From: Eledone cirrhosa
Taxonomy: Eukaryota
Assembly: GCA_964016885.1 (NCBI GenBank)
Contig: OZ024741.1
Location: 105,896,001 to 105,960,000, forward strand
DNA: 64,000 nucleotides
Reading direction: 5' to 3'
Below, one piece after another: positions 27,186 through 40,170 of this stretch. The translations under genes were made by a program, and so were the position numbers. The first letter of the stretch is position 1. Every line of letters starts with the position of its first letter. The notes beneath the pieces were generated by a model. The model made no database searches and was not told the origin of the DNA. It was given only the letters and a program-made list of their open reading frames with translations.

Positions 27186-28385
27186 TGTGTATGCCTGCGA
27201 GACCTGGGTCACATATCGACACCTTAAACAATTGAAGCATTTCCATCAGATATGTCTCAGACGGACCCATCAGTGATGTCGAGATTTTGGAAAGCTCAGC
27301 GGGATTTGAACTCAGATCGTAAAGGGACGTAAATAATAATGTATTTTGTTGTAACAGGAAAGGTATGGTCTGTTATATCAATAAATGTAAGTTGAATTGA
27401 GGTTCGGCTGTAAGTCTCAGGTTCTGTTGCTGCTGTGATAATAACTCTGGAAGGAATCTTTCCATATCACATTTAAAGGCTATGGCTGTGTAATAGCATC
27501 ACAAGACTTTACAACGTTTTTACCTAATTTATTTACAAACCGATTACAAAGATTGAGCTGGCATGCCAAAACAAATGAAACAAATTAAGGGTCTAGAAGG
27601 TATGGTCTACTGGCTGAGGTGTTGGCCAGGCCCGTAGTTATATTGTTGTCGTTACATATTGGCTAATGGTTTCACGGCAAAAGATTAGGCGGAAGTTGAA
27701 AATACATATCTGTGCGCGGCTCACGATTGGCCTGACTTAGCCAAATCACGCACGAATAGCCTATAAATGCGCCAAAAGAAAGTAGCTTGCTACATGCTTA
27801 AGCAAAGACTCCGATGGAGTGGTTACCTTGCCAGGATGAAGGTTTCTAGAATACCGAAACAACTCTTTTATGGAGAGTTAGTTAAAGGAAAACGACCTCC
27901 ATAAGGATTCGTTGAAAGCCTCTTTGAAACACGCTAACATCTCTGCTGATACATGGGAAAACGTAGATGCTGATCGTAATAAATGGAGAAAGACTGTATA
28001 TGAGGGGAAAGTTGTCTTTGAGGCATCTCGAATCGCATACGAGAAAGTAAAAAGTGATGTGAGGAAGGACATTGCTGTTGCATTTCCAGACAGCGAAGGT
28101 CCTCCTATGGTGCTGACATGCAGCATCTGTGCGAGACTCTGCCTCAGCAAAGCTGGACTCGAAAGTCATCTTCGCAGTCACAAAGTGAGACCAGTGGTTG
28201 ACTACCAGGCTACTGTTGTAGATGCTACTCATCATGCCTGCCAAGCATGTGGAAGAGAGTGTAGACCAGCAGGAGGGCTCAAACAACATGCACAAGAAAG
28301 CTGACTACTGCCAGTGGATGTTTTGATTGCTAACTCTGTGCAAGAAATTGGCTGGGCTAAAAAGCCACATTCGATCGCAGCACCG
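27186..28385 (+). mobile_element. RTE-type LINE 3' fragment with two C2H2 fingers, interrupted by inserts
   Basis: YACETW, LRWSGYLARM, PKQLFYGEL; CSIC..HLRSH and CQAC..KQH; (GT)n follows. Confidence 0.75.
27350..27656. mobile_element. Possible solo LTR
   Basis: TGTAAC...GTTACA termini, 307 bp; no clear TSD. Confidence 0.4.
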
Positions 28386-28394
28386 TTAATTGTT

Positions 28395-28493
<99 letters not shown>

Positions 28494-28575
28494 GTGTGTG
28501 TGTGTAGATATGTATATGTGTGTGTGTGTGTGCGTATATATATGTATATATATATATAATTTATTATTATTATTG

Positions 28576-29745
28576 TGGCTAATGATGCGCAGACATGCGT
28601 TGAGGCTGCGACATCTCCAGATATTCTGCCTAAACGGTGAACAGGTGTGGTCGCCGTTTATCAGACGGGCCTTTCCGCAGTTCATTTCTTTGACTGAGCT
28701 GCAGTCCTGGGTCAAAAAGAGACCGAGACTGGGTGACTGGCACCTGGAATGTTGCCAGGCACTCACTGCCCTCTACCAAGCGGGCAATACGATCAGTGGA
28801 ACTTCTACTCTCGAGTTCTATAGAGGATTGGTGGTGGGCAAGTGCGATGACGCACTCGGAGAAGCTTTGGGCCTCGACGAAGTCCAACTGACCAGTCTGT
28901 ACCGGAGGACTTTTGAGCCGGGGACGATGGACGATTTCCAGAAATCCCTCGCTTGGCAGTGCTACCGGGGGGCACTGCCGGTCCGGGATAAACTCTACAG
29001 GCACGGAAGTGCTGTCAGACGGACCTGCCCAAGATGCGCACAGAACGACGAAACCGTTCTTCACGCACTTGTCCAATGTCCGTGCATTACTGACTTGTGG
29101 AGTTATGTCGAACACCTACTGTCGCGTGTGGAACGAATCCGGCTATCGGCCGAGTCCATAGTGAAGATCGATCCACCGCCTTCCTTAGGTCAGGAAGAGC
29201 AGGAAATTTTCCTCTGTCTGGTGGCAGTTGCGAAAGAGGTTATATGGTGGACCAGGTTAAAAGGACTGAAGACAGACACTTTTCTCTTCGGCCAATCCTT
29301 CATCAACTTCTTCAAGTTTCACCTGGAAAGGAAGTTGAGGGTGGAGAGGGAAGTGCTGCCCCCCAGTACATTTGCTAAAAGGTGGGTGAATGTGGCGAGA
29401 ATGACTCGTGTGAATGGGCCTACTCTGACCATGCGCCTATAGGCGAGCTAACTTGAAGAGAAGGGTGCTCTCCCTGGGTGCCCTAGAAGCGCAGGGTGGT
29501 TCAGGATTAGTGGGGTAACCAAGTCACCCCAGGGTCGTCCACCCCCTATCGGGGAATTTATTTTGTTATATTTATGCATAGTTTATTTTATATTTTTATA
29601 TTTTCATTGTTAAACTAGTCTTGCCATTGTGCACTTTTACTCGACCTTATTATAAACCCCCACTGTCCTTGTCTTTGTATCGTCCCCTACATGTCGGCCC
29701 TTGTGGCTAATAAATGAAATCATTATTATTATCATTATTATTATT
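28576..29745 (+). mobile_element. Tx1-clade LINE 3' fragment
   Basis: CCHC knuckle CPRCAQNDETVLHALVQC; 3' UTR ending aataaa plus (ATT)n. Confidence 0.85.
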
Positions 29746-29978
29746 CAAATCTCGTCGAGGTTAACTTTGCCTTTCATCCTTACGGGGTCGATAAAATAAA
29801 GTACCAGTAATGCACTGGGTATTTGCTGGCCTTGTGCTAAAAGTAGAAACAATTATTATTATTATTTTAACTTTGCCTTTCATCCTTATGGGGTCGATAA
29901 AATAAAGTACTAGTAATGCACTAGGGTAATTGCTGGCCTTGTACCAAAAGTAGAATCAATTATTATTATTATTATTAT
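29746..29978 (+). mobile_element. Two tandem SINE 3' fragments
   Basis: Core plus (ATT)n tail, twice; a third copy lies at 30455-30570. Confidence 0.8.
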
Positions 29979-30453
29979 TTTCCTCTTCGGCGAATCCCTA
30001 ATTAACTTTTTCAAGTTTGACTTGAAGAGGAAAATCAGGATGGAGAGGCAAGTGCTGTCTTCTAGCAAGTTTGTTGAAAGGTGGGTAGCGAGAATGGTCC
30101 GAGTGAACAGGATCGCTCTGAATATACGCTTGTAGTTTGAGGAATGGGAAAAAAAAATTGAGAGAGGGCGCCTGCCCTGGTGGTCAGGGTGGCCGTGGTC
30201 TTTTGTGTGGTTTTCGCCACGAGTAACCCTCGGAGGTTTCCCCTCTATTGGGGAATTTTTCATTGTTTCAATTTTCATTTTTATTGTTTTTATATATATA
30301 TATGTTTCTAAGTCTTTTTTTTCTTTTCTTATATAAATAATAAAAATCTTTACACGCACAAAACCCACATCGTACCGTCCTGTGCCGTCTGTAATGTTTT
30401 TCTTGATGTCAGCCCTTGTGGCCAATAAAGAAATCATTATTATTATTATTATT
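29979..30453 (+). mobile_element. Tx1-clade short 3' fragment
   Basis: Nearly identical to 31335-31810; (ATT)n tail. Confidence 0.85.
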
Positions 30454-30571
30454 ATTTGCCTTTCATCCTTACGGGGTCGATAAAATAAAGTACCAGTAAT
30501 GCACTGGGTAATTGCTGGCCTTGTGCCTAAAGTAGAAACAATTATTATTATTATTATTATTATTATTATTG

Positions 30572-30926
30572 TTGTTCTTTGAGTCTCAGTCATTGATGTT
30601 ATTTAACTGGAAAGTTTGTCGAAATGAATATCAAGCCGCTACCTGCAGCCTCAGATATTCAGGACGTATCGGAGGGTTCTTGCTGTTCCCAGCAAGCATG
30701 CCTGTTGAAGTGTTCCAAAAAGCGGGGCTGGACTAATCTTCTTTAACCATCCTTGGAAACTCTTTGAGATTGTACCTAGTGCACCTATGACAATCGGGGC
30801 GACCTTGACTTCATGACAGTTCCAAATCCTTTTAAACTCCCACTTTAAGTCCTGGTATCGGTTAATTTTCTCCCTCTCCTTTTCTTGCACTCTTGTGTCA
30901 AATAGGCAGGCTACATCTACAATCAA
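30572..30926 (-). mobile_element. R4/Dong-like RLE non-LTR 3' fragment
   Basis: IVDVAC..EKINRYQDLKWE..PIVIGALG..LQQACLLGTARTLR; TAA/TTA repeats on both sides. Confidence 0.8.
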
Positions 30927-30950
30927 TTAATTATTATTATTATTATTATT

Positions 30951-31810
30951 CTCTTCCGGAGAACTTTCAGCCCAGGGCCTATGGATAACTTCCAAAAATC
31001 CCTAACCTGGCAGTGCTACCGGGGAGCGTTGCCGGTTCGAGATACGCTCTACAGGCACGGAAGTGCCGTCAGCCGAGCCTGTCCGAGATGCGCGCAGAGC
31101 GACGAAACCGTCGTGCACGCACTCGTTCAGTGCCCGAGCATTGCTGACTTGTGGAGCTATGTCGAACAGTTGCTGTCGCGTGTAGGACTGATCCGGTTAT
31201 CGACTGAGTCCATTGTGCAGATGGTCTCGCCGTCTTCCTTCGAGGAGGAAGGGCAGGCGGTTTTCATCTGCCTGGTGGCCATGGCGAAAGAGATTGTGTG
31301 GTGGACAAGGTTAAAAGGGTTAAAGACAGATACTTTCCTCTTCGGCGAATCCCTAATTAACTTTTTCAAGTTTCACTTGAAGAGGAAAATCAGGGTGGAG
31401 AGGCAAGTGCTGCCTTCTAGCAAGTTTGTTGAAAGGTGGGTCAATGTAGCGAGAATGGTCCGAGTGAACGGGATCTCTCTGAATATACACCTGCAGTTTG
31501 AGAAATGGAAAAATTGAGAGAGGGCGCTTGCCCTGGTGGTCAGGGTGGCCGTGGTCTTTTGTGTGGTTTTCGCCACGAGTAACCCTCAGAGGTTTCCCCC
31601 CTATTGGGGAATTTTTCATTGTTTCAATTTTCATTTTTATTTTTTATATATATATATATATATGTTTCTATGTCTTTTTTTTTCTTTTCTTATATAAATA
31701 ATAAAAATCTTTACACGCACAAAACCCACATCGTACCGCCCTGTGCCGTCTGTAATGTTTTTCTTGATGTCAGCCCTTGTGGCCAATAAAGAAATCATTA
31801 TTATTATTGT
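30951..31810 (+). mobile_element. Tx1-clade LINE 3' fragment
   Basis: CPRCAQSDETVVHALVQC; (ATT)n at both ends. Confidence 0.85.
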
Positions 31811-31880
31811 CGTTGTTATGTTTTTTTTTGTGTTTTTTCGTGCAATGGCCATACTCGATAACGAGGGGCAAGCCATCATG

Positions 31881-31927
<47 letters not shown>

Positions 31928-32456
31928 CAGTAAAGAGAGATAAACACGGATATATAACTATATGTGTTCAAACCACAAGGGGCATAAACTGCCAGGGTGA
32001 AGAAAATACTGATTAAAATAGTATGATTCACAGAACCCAATGAAAAGGATAAACTGAGATATACGAACCTACCATTACAACTATCATGTACAGTTTATGG
32101 GTACAATTGTTTCTCAAAATTCAGTGAAGAGAATTACTGGTGTAGTGCTTTTCAACGGACACCCACATCGATATTCACCTCACTACTAAGTTTCAAAGAA
32201 GACTCAATAACACATGTGCGTTAAGAGAACACATGGTTATTACGTATTTTCTTCACTCTGGCGGTTTCTGCCCCTTGTGATTTGAACACATATACTTATA
32301 TATCCGTGTTCGTCTCTCTTTATTGTATTTTAGTGAATTGGCCATAGGGTTATTTACTCCAGTAAATACCACTACATACCAACCACTAATTTAATTTGTT
32401 TAGAAGATGTAAAAGAAATGAAGATGTAGTAATTGAAACATGACGAATACTTCGGA

Positions 32457-35019
32457 AAAGTGTATCAGTAACGATTTACATTTATTGAAGTAGCTTGTTA
32501 CAATTTTGCTAGTGACACGTACCTCGTGCCATGATGTGGTGTGATCCTGAGGTATAGGATAGGATTAGAAAAAGTTTAGCATCTGTGCTTGGTGTGGTCA
32601 GTTCTAGAGCCGTTGATGAAAGAAAGGTAGATTGTCCTTTACTCCTTCTTTTATAATCTCTGAAACGGAAGTTCAAGAAGTGTTCTAGAAATTCTACGTG
32701 AAATAAATTTGGCTACTTCCCTTTGTCTAGAGAGCGCTTCAAGACTCCCCTCTCAGACGAGAAGTCGAATAACCAGCCGAAGGTCATTGTAGCGTGAACC
32801 CGTAAGAAATGAGGAGCAAAGCAAAGGTACAAGAAGGTGCATGAATAAAATATAAGCTCGCAACTGAAGCAAATACCAAAAAAAAAAAAAGCACAAAACA
32901 AGTAAATGCATTTGACAAAGAAAAAATGTAAATGTAACAAAACTGATAATTCAAAGTTAACATAAAGGAGCAGAGAAAAAATTAATGCTCAATGGTAAGT
33001 TCAAAGTTTCTTTAAAAAATAGTTCATACATCACTAGTGTGAAAACGCTGAAAAAGAGCACATCAATCAAAAATATGAATGAATGAATGAATGAATGAAT
33101 GCAAGAAGAAAATTATGAATGAGGCGCTAAGGGGCCAGTGTTATGTATGCCGCTGTGTCAAATGACTGGCTGTTTTCTATTTATAACATGACCACCCAGG
33201 GTCTAATAGAAAACAAATAAAGTCTGACATGGGCGAAAATGTGCAAAAATGTTTTCAAAGTTGCTGTTCTTGCATTAATTGTTATAAAAGTTGTTGTTGG
33301 CGGTGGCGGTAAAAGTATGAAACTACCACTTCTGTTATGTTGCTGTGAAATCGCCGTTGGTGTTGTGGTAAATGTTTTACCAGTAGCTGTTGTTGATGAT
33401 GATGCTGTTCATGTCCAACGATTCCAAGGTAGGTTGGTCAGTTGCAATGGCAACTAAATCAATATGTGCAGGAGACGTAAGAGAACACACAGAAAGTCGA
33501 GATAGTGCGTCTGCAGGTATGCTGGAAGTTCCAGCTATGTGACGAATGTCACTGGTATACTGTGAGATGAGATCCAGATGCCTATACGCTCTCGGAGAGT
33601 ACTTGTCGGACTTGGATTGTAAAGCGAACGTTAACGGTTTGTGGTCCGTGAATATCGTGAACTCCCGCCCCTCCAAAAGGTGGTGTAAGTGCTTCACGGA
33701 AAGATAAATCGCCCAAAGTTCTATGTCAAAGGTGCTGTATCTCTGTTCTGCTGATTTTAATTGGCGAGAGAAAAATGCCAATGGTTGAACTTGGTGATCG
33801 ATTACATGATGCAAAACTGCGCCAACAGCACGATTAGATGCATCAACAGATAAGGAAAGTCTCGCATTTGCAACAGGATGGGCAAGGAAGGAAACTTTAG
33901 CTAGCTCAGACTTGACGGATTTAAAAGACTGCAATGCATCGGCAGAAAGTGAAATTTTTTCATCTTTCTTTTTGCAGCCCCTAAAAAACTGTATCAAAGG
34001 GAATAACTTGTCCGCACAGTTAGGAATAAAGCGACGATAAAAGTTAATTAATCCCAAGAAATGGCGTAATTGTTTCAAGGATGTTGGTGGTGCTAATTGC
34101 TGAATCGCCTCTACTTTAGCTGGCAATCTGGAACAAGTGGTCTGGGTGAGCCAGTAGAGATATCGCAGAGAATTTTTCCTTCAAAAGATGGAAGAGGTAA
34201 ATATTCCAATTTGCAGCAGAACTGGTCAGAGGAAATGTCCAGCGAATCCAAAGTAGGTTGATCAATGTTGAAGAAAACCAGTTGAGCGCAGTGATCTTAG
34301 TAAGTCCAGATAAGTTTCTTTTAAGTAGCTGACCCCAGAACGAACGTGCATAAAAATGCCCAGCAAGTGACGTCAATTTACGACGCAAGGTGTCGCAATT
34401 TTTTTTACTGGCATTAATAAAGTAGCTCGTGGTCGAACTATTCTTTGAGATGAATAGCAATGAGTGTGTTGGTAAAATCCACCGCGCGGGAAAATGACGA
34501 AATGAAGAAGACAAGATGGTTGCTCGAAAATGAAAGAGGAAGGCAGCAGTCGCCATATTGGTCGTTGGTCTTAAACAAAAGCTTGGTTGAACGAGAAAGA
34601 CACGAGGTGTAATTTTCAGAAAAAAAAATATCATGTTAAAAAATGAAAGAGTCCACTTTAATGAATGGTTCGTAGTAAGATGTAGCGAAAGTATAAACAG
34701 CCAAGTTAGAAGCATTTGAACGTAGTCACCACGTAAAGTGTATCAGTAACGATTTGCATTTATTGAAGTAGCTTGTTACAATTTTGGTAGTGAAACGTAT
34801 CTCGTGCCATGATGTGGTGTAATCCTGAGGTATAGGATAGGATTAGAAAAAGTTTAGCATCTGTGCTTGGTGTGGTCAGTTCTAGAGCCGTTGGTGAAAG
34901 AGAGGTAGATTGTCCTTTGCTCCTTCTTTTATAATCTCTGAAACGGAAGTTCAAGGAGTATTCTAGAAATTCTACGGGAAGTAAATTTGGCTACTTCCCT
35001 TTGTCTAGAGAGCGATACA
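32457..35019 (-). mobile_element. Internally deleted and rearranged Gypsy element
   Basis: About 280-bp LTRs near 32457-32741 and 34735-35019; PBS TGGTGAC near 34725; PPT gagaggggagtct; RT-thumb/RNase H ORF 33377-34126; no integrase. Confidence 0.88.
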
Positions 35020-36019
35020 GTATTATAAGGCTCGGAAATATTTTTTTTTTCCTTGAGCTATTTTAATTATAGGGGACTATTGTGAGATTTTAACTCAATA
35101 TATACTTTTACACAGCTCAGGTCAACACTAAGAGAGAAAGAAAGAAAACTACAGACAAAAATGTGAACTTTTCTCTTTATATATGTATGTAAAAACAATT
35201 TTTCCCCCATATACTTATTGTTCTTATTAATATGTAATTTAATTGCATTATACACTTCCGTCGTGTGAAAAAGCCTTCAAGCTGAAACCAGTACAAATAA
35301 TGCGGACATTCCTATTTTGTAAATAAATGTTTTGATGTCATTCTGAGAGAAAATCCCTTTAGCATTTTCGACTGTCTTTTTTTCTTTTTTTACTATATAT
35401 ATATATATGTTGTTATACTTTGGGCGGGTCATATTGTTATAATATTGCCAGAAATAATAACAGAACACACACACACACACATAAATATAGTTGAACAAAT
35501 AAAGCAAAACAAACACAGGGATGAAAAAATACAATGTCTTATTAGGATCACACTTAGAGGCAAGTGGGGGAGGTTTCGCACTTCGTCAGGAAATGGAGAG
35601 TTCGGATAGGGAGAGAACAGGTAGGTACATGAAAATTTGGAAAAGGTTTTTAAGAAGATTGGGGGTGGTAGGTGAGGGGTCCGGCATTCGAGAGTGGGCG
35701 ACGATGTGGAGAGTCCAGATGTGTCATGGGTGTAGTTGTGTGTGTTTGCTGATGGGGTGGTACAGGGGGGAAATATAGTAGTAAACGAGGTTGTTGGTAG
35801 TTAGTTGAGGTGGGTATGTGTGTATTGGTGGTGGAGTAACGGGGAGCGAAGGTAGATTGTTAGTAGTATTAGCCGGTGAGGTGGTTCGAGTGTGTGTGTG
35901 CGCGTATGGGATGACAGAGCGGCAAGTGTGGAGGTAGATGGGAGTTAGTGTGAGTGGTGGGTGGTGTGGTATGTTCCGTTGGTTAATTAGTTAGTGCCGT
36001 TGGTGGTGTTAAAAATTAG

Positions 36020-36790
36020 CTTACAGATTTCGAAGGGCCCTAGACAAGCTCAAATTAAATATCAAAGTAGTTGAAAGACCAGGTATTCCCATAAAAACTC
36101 TAATTAGTAAAACATACCCATTTCAAAGATCTCCCTGTACTGATAGGAAATGCATAGTCTGCAAACTAAGCCCGCAAACTAACTGCAAAACTGGGAATGT
36201 AGTACATAGCATAAGATGTACTGAGGGACAGTGTAGGAATAAGAATATAACATACATAGGTGAAACAGCCCGTAGAATAGAAGAACGAATAAGTGAACAC
36301 TGGCGAGAACTCCAGGATGGGAAAAACATTAACATGCCAAAATAGAACATAGGGGCACATTAGAGAACACAGAGATAAAAATTATATCCACACACAGAAA
36401 ATATGCAATGATCAGACAAATCACAGAGGCGACAAGCATAAACAAACTCCAACCAAAATTAAACAGAAAACGAGTGGAATAGCAACATCATAATTAGTAA
36501 TTAAGGACAAAATGAAGACATACAGACACACACAAAAACCAAACTAACAAAACAAATCAGACACACAGATAGAACAAACAACCAATTAGTGACAAGTAAA
36601 TAAACACATAAATAAATAAACACACTGGATGTAACGCATGTACAAACTAAACACACAACACACAAAAACAAGATGGTGTAGAACAGAAGAAAGGAGAGAC
36701 ACAAAATAAAAACCTAGTCACTGAGGAGGTCGCAGAATGTGTGACGAAAGAGCTTTGACAATATATAAATAACCATCCGGTTATCGAACC
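36020..36790 (+). mobile_element. Penelope-like element 3' fragment (GIY-YIG)
   Basis: CTDRKCIVC...NVVHSIRC...TYIGETARRIEERISEH at about 36135-36310, followed by a hammerhead motif. Confidence 0.75.
36717..36759 (+). ncRNA. Minimal type I hammerhead ribozyme
   Basis: gtca-CTGAGGA-g-gtcgca/gaatg/tgtgac-GAAA-gagct-T-tgac: stems I and II pair, core intact, palindromic mini stem III. Confidence 0.65.
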
Positions 36791-36924
36791 AACCAAACAA
36801 CCGGAAATTTATAATAAACTGAAGTGAACACCAACAGGTGCGTGTGTTTTTATTGGTAGCATGACCCTCCCAAAGTATAACAATATCTATTTCAACACAC
36901 ATTTTCAGGTAAGAAATCTTTCTC

Positions 36925-39900
36925 TTTTTTTTTTTTAGGACTTAGATCTAATTAGGTTTATTTACAATAGTTTATAACTTTGCCTATTAATCCGTATGGT
37001 GAGCAAATGTGGTCCTACGTGTTGGCCTTCCCACAGCCCCGGCGGACAGGATGGAGAAGGCGTTTCCCCGGAGGATGGTAAGGGAGACGCACTGGAAAAG
37101 CCATTCCAACTCGCAAGGCTCACACCTACGGCTGGCCAGCTCAGCGCCTATGGTGGTAAATAGGGAGGTAGCCCTAGGGCCAAGGACACTAGAAGTCTTC
37201 ACTGCCAAGGTCACGACCGCGAACTTGTCGGAGAGCGACCGGTACTTGGAGAGTTTGGCCTCCTCAGCCCGACGTGCAGCAGAACCTGGGTTAGTCGCAG
37301 ACTGCACCAGGTTGCGGCTGGAGAAAGTGTCACTGCAAGTGGCATCCCAGACGAGGGGTTTGCCACTGTGGAACGGGAAGGTGGTCATACTGTCTGGCCT
37401 TTTGCTATCCCCTCGGTCTAGCCCCACCGGTTCGAGCTGGGAGGGGAAGTCTGCAGCGTCCAAGCCATGCTTAATGACCTCGTTGAGGGCAGCATGGCGT
37501 GGAAGGCGGCCAGGAAAGGTGACAGGAAGGCGGTGACAGGAAAGCGGATGGAGTCCGAAAGAGTCCACGGTGGATCCACTGCGACATTTATGTGGCTCGC
37601 AGATCCGGAGTTCAAGCCTCAAGGAAACGTCGATGCGCAGGCTATCGTTATCCAGCTGCGTGCCAGTGGAGAAAGAGGGCAAGGCATGGAACCAGGCACC
37701 ACTGTGGGGTTTGGAAGCCGCGCGAAAACAGGCAAGGCGGTGCTGTCGAGCTGGGTCGTGAACATATCTGAGGCCAGGCTGCACTGGATGGCATCCCATA
37801 CGCTTTGGGGGGGACTTGACGTCAGAAGGGGGAGAAGGAGGAGGGACGTCTACTGGGCTAAGTCCCAGCCTATCCCACATCTCACAGGCGACCTCATGTT
37901 CCCTGAACACAGAGGGTTCTATTGTGTTTTGAAGAACCCTGCTGACGAGGATGCGACATGAGGTTTCCGATGAAAGAAACGCCGGCAAAGCCAGGGAGAT
38001 CGGGGACCGGAGGCCAAGGCCGCCATGTCTGACAGGTAAAGTGGTCTGTTGCCAGCCAATGTCATCAAACTTGACGTTGCATATCTGCTCAGCTGCCGCT
38101 CGGATACAAGTATCGAGTTCAGCGAGGAGAGATTCGTGACTGTAGCACGGAGCGCTGCGAAGGGTGTAGAGGAGCTTCGGCATGGCGAAGCAGTTCCTCA
38201 ACAGGAAGAGAGCTGGGTGGCCATCGATCAAGTCCAGTCGGCTCGTGAGGGCCTGGAGTTGTTGGAGCCTAGACCTGATGGTGGAGCGGATGGCCGGCGA
38301 GTGGATCGGTGACCCTAGGATGAAGACATCCTCTTTGGGGGGTCACCTGTACCTGGTGGACAATGGACCGCACGTCCAAGACGGAGGCTGCAAAGCTCTC
38401 AGCATCATGGCTGACATTTACCACCTCTGACTTGAACGAGTTAACCTGAAGGCCGATTCCCGCCAGGGCAGGAACCACCGATTGAAGGTCATGGCAGACA
38501 GTCTCTACGGGCCCGCCCATCATAGCATCATCCAGGTACCAAACGTTGAGAGGGGCCGTGATACTCCGGGCAATGTGGTCTATACCAACGGCGTCAGCAG
38601 CAAGGAGCATGCTCGGGCAGCAGCAAGGAGCATGCTCCATATGACAAGTAGGCCAGCGGGTAGGCGGAGGGGGCTCGGCTGAGGGGGCTCGGCTGAGGCA
38701 GGCATTGAGGTCCTGGCGTATGCAGTTAAAGGCATTCCTCATGTCAAGCTTGACAATGAGGTGCCTGGAGTCCCTGGATGCCGGTTCTGGTGGGCAGCCA
38801 TTGAAGAACTGCCTGGTTGCATGTGCGGCCCCCTCAGCCACGGACACGCCGACACCCAGTTGCACCGGACTGAACTCCTCACCCAGTTCTGGTGTTATGG
38901 ACCTGCAGACCACCTTAGCAGCCAAACTCCGGAAGACATTGTCCACAGCGATGGGGCGTATGCCACCCTCTTTCTTCCTGAGATCGGTCAAGATAGCCGA
39001 AAAAAGAGGCATCGGGCGTGAGGATTCAAGGCGCCATGGATAAGTCTATTGGTGAGTGCCACAATTGCACTCAGAAAGCGGCGCCCGGCCTCAGCGGAGA
39101 GGGGAGATAGCAACTCCTTGAGGTCGCCTGGTCGGAGACCATCAGCACCTCCGGTGCTGCTAGCTGGGAAGGACTTGATGGCAGACATCATGTCTGCGTC
39201 GGAAGCCACAAGGAGCAGGTGGGAATCGGGTGGGGGTATGGGTCGGAGCTCAGCGGGTGGCTCAGGGTCTTGAGTAGCAGGGCAGCCAGGACCTCCTCGA
39301 TGGGTTGGAGGACAGTGTCCTCTGAAGCAACCACTCTGACTGCGGCCTTGACACCACCCATGATAAGTTTAGCGTTTACGCGGTCACGCAAACGCTTGAC
39401 GCTGGCCTCAGTGGTGTAAGATTGGAGGCACCCAAGAGCAGGGGTTGTGACGTCCTTCGGCACGCTTGGAATGGGCGCTTGCCGAAAGGACGAAACATTG
39501 GCCTTGACAAAGGCTGCTGTCGACCGGCCGCCTCGGTCAACGCCAGAGCTGGGGAGGCCGAGAGTGAGTGGGGCGAAATAGAAGAGGCGCTCCCAGTCGC
39601 TGGCTCGATTGGAGTCCAGAGCACTCTCGATCGAGGAAGCGAGGGCATCGGCTACCAGCACCCGAGCCGCTCTCGGGATCCTGAACGGAATTTTCCGGGG
39701 CCGCCTGAGCCGAGCGATGTTAACCAGCGAGGCTTGGGCATCAGGCAAGCTCGCTGTTTCATCTGGTGGAGTACCAGACGGCCGTGGCTGGGCAGACGAA
39801 GGGAAGAGACAGTTTCTGCATCTCCACGCTGCGAGGGCACTGGAAGCTCGACGCGTCAAGCCAACACAGGTGGAAGCAGCCGCACCCCGAACACTTTCGG

Positions 39901-40170
39901 CCCCTCCTCCGTCTGTTCGTGGTGCTGCAAGTGCTGCAGATGTCGACTGGTGGGGATAGAGGATGGGGAGTGGAGCCGGGGACTGGGGCACCAAGAGGAA
40001 TGAGGGGTGAGTGACTGGTTGTCATCAGCCTAGGTGCGAGGCACAACTGCACGTGGGTGGAAGGGAAAGTGTTAGTATGAGCGAGGCCTCATAGCTCACC
40101 TACATTGATATGGAGGCGACAGAAGACAAGATAAAAGGGAAGAGGGGGGTGCATCGAGGGGTACACACAC
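36925..40170 (-). mobile_element. CRE-like RLE non-LTR retrotransposon, near full length, frameshifted
   Basis: GGIRPIAV, QLGVG, KLDMRNAFN, WYLDD, LPVRHGGLG, RHAALN, KRPD, WDATC, LFQ..LRGNA; poly(A) at 36925-36936; N-terminal PHD remnant. Confidence 0.85.

Noticed and set aside
28390-29442. 350-aa ORF as a cellular gene
   Set aside because: It is a (GT)n tract read into a Tx1 ORF2 C-terminus.
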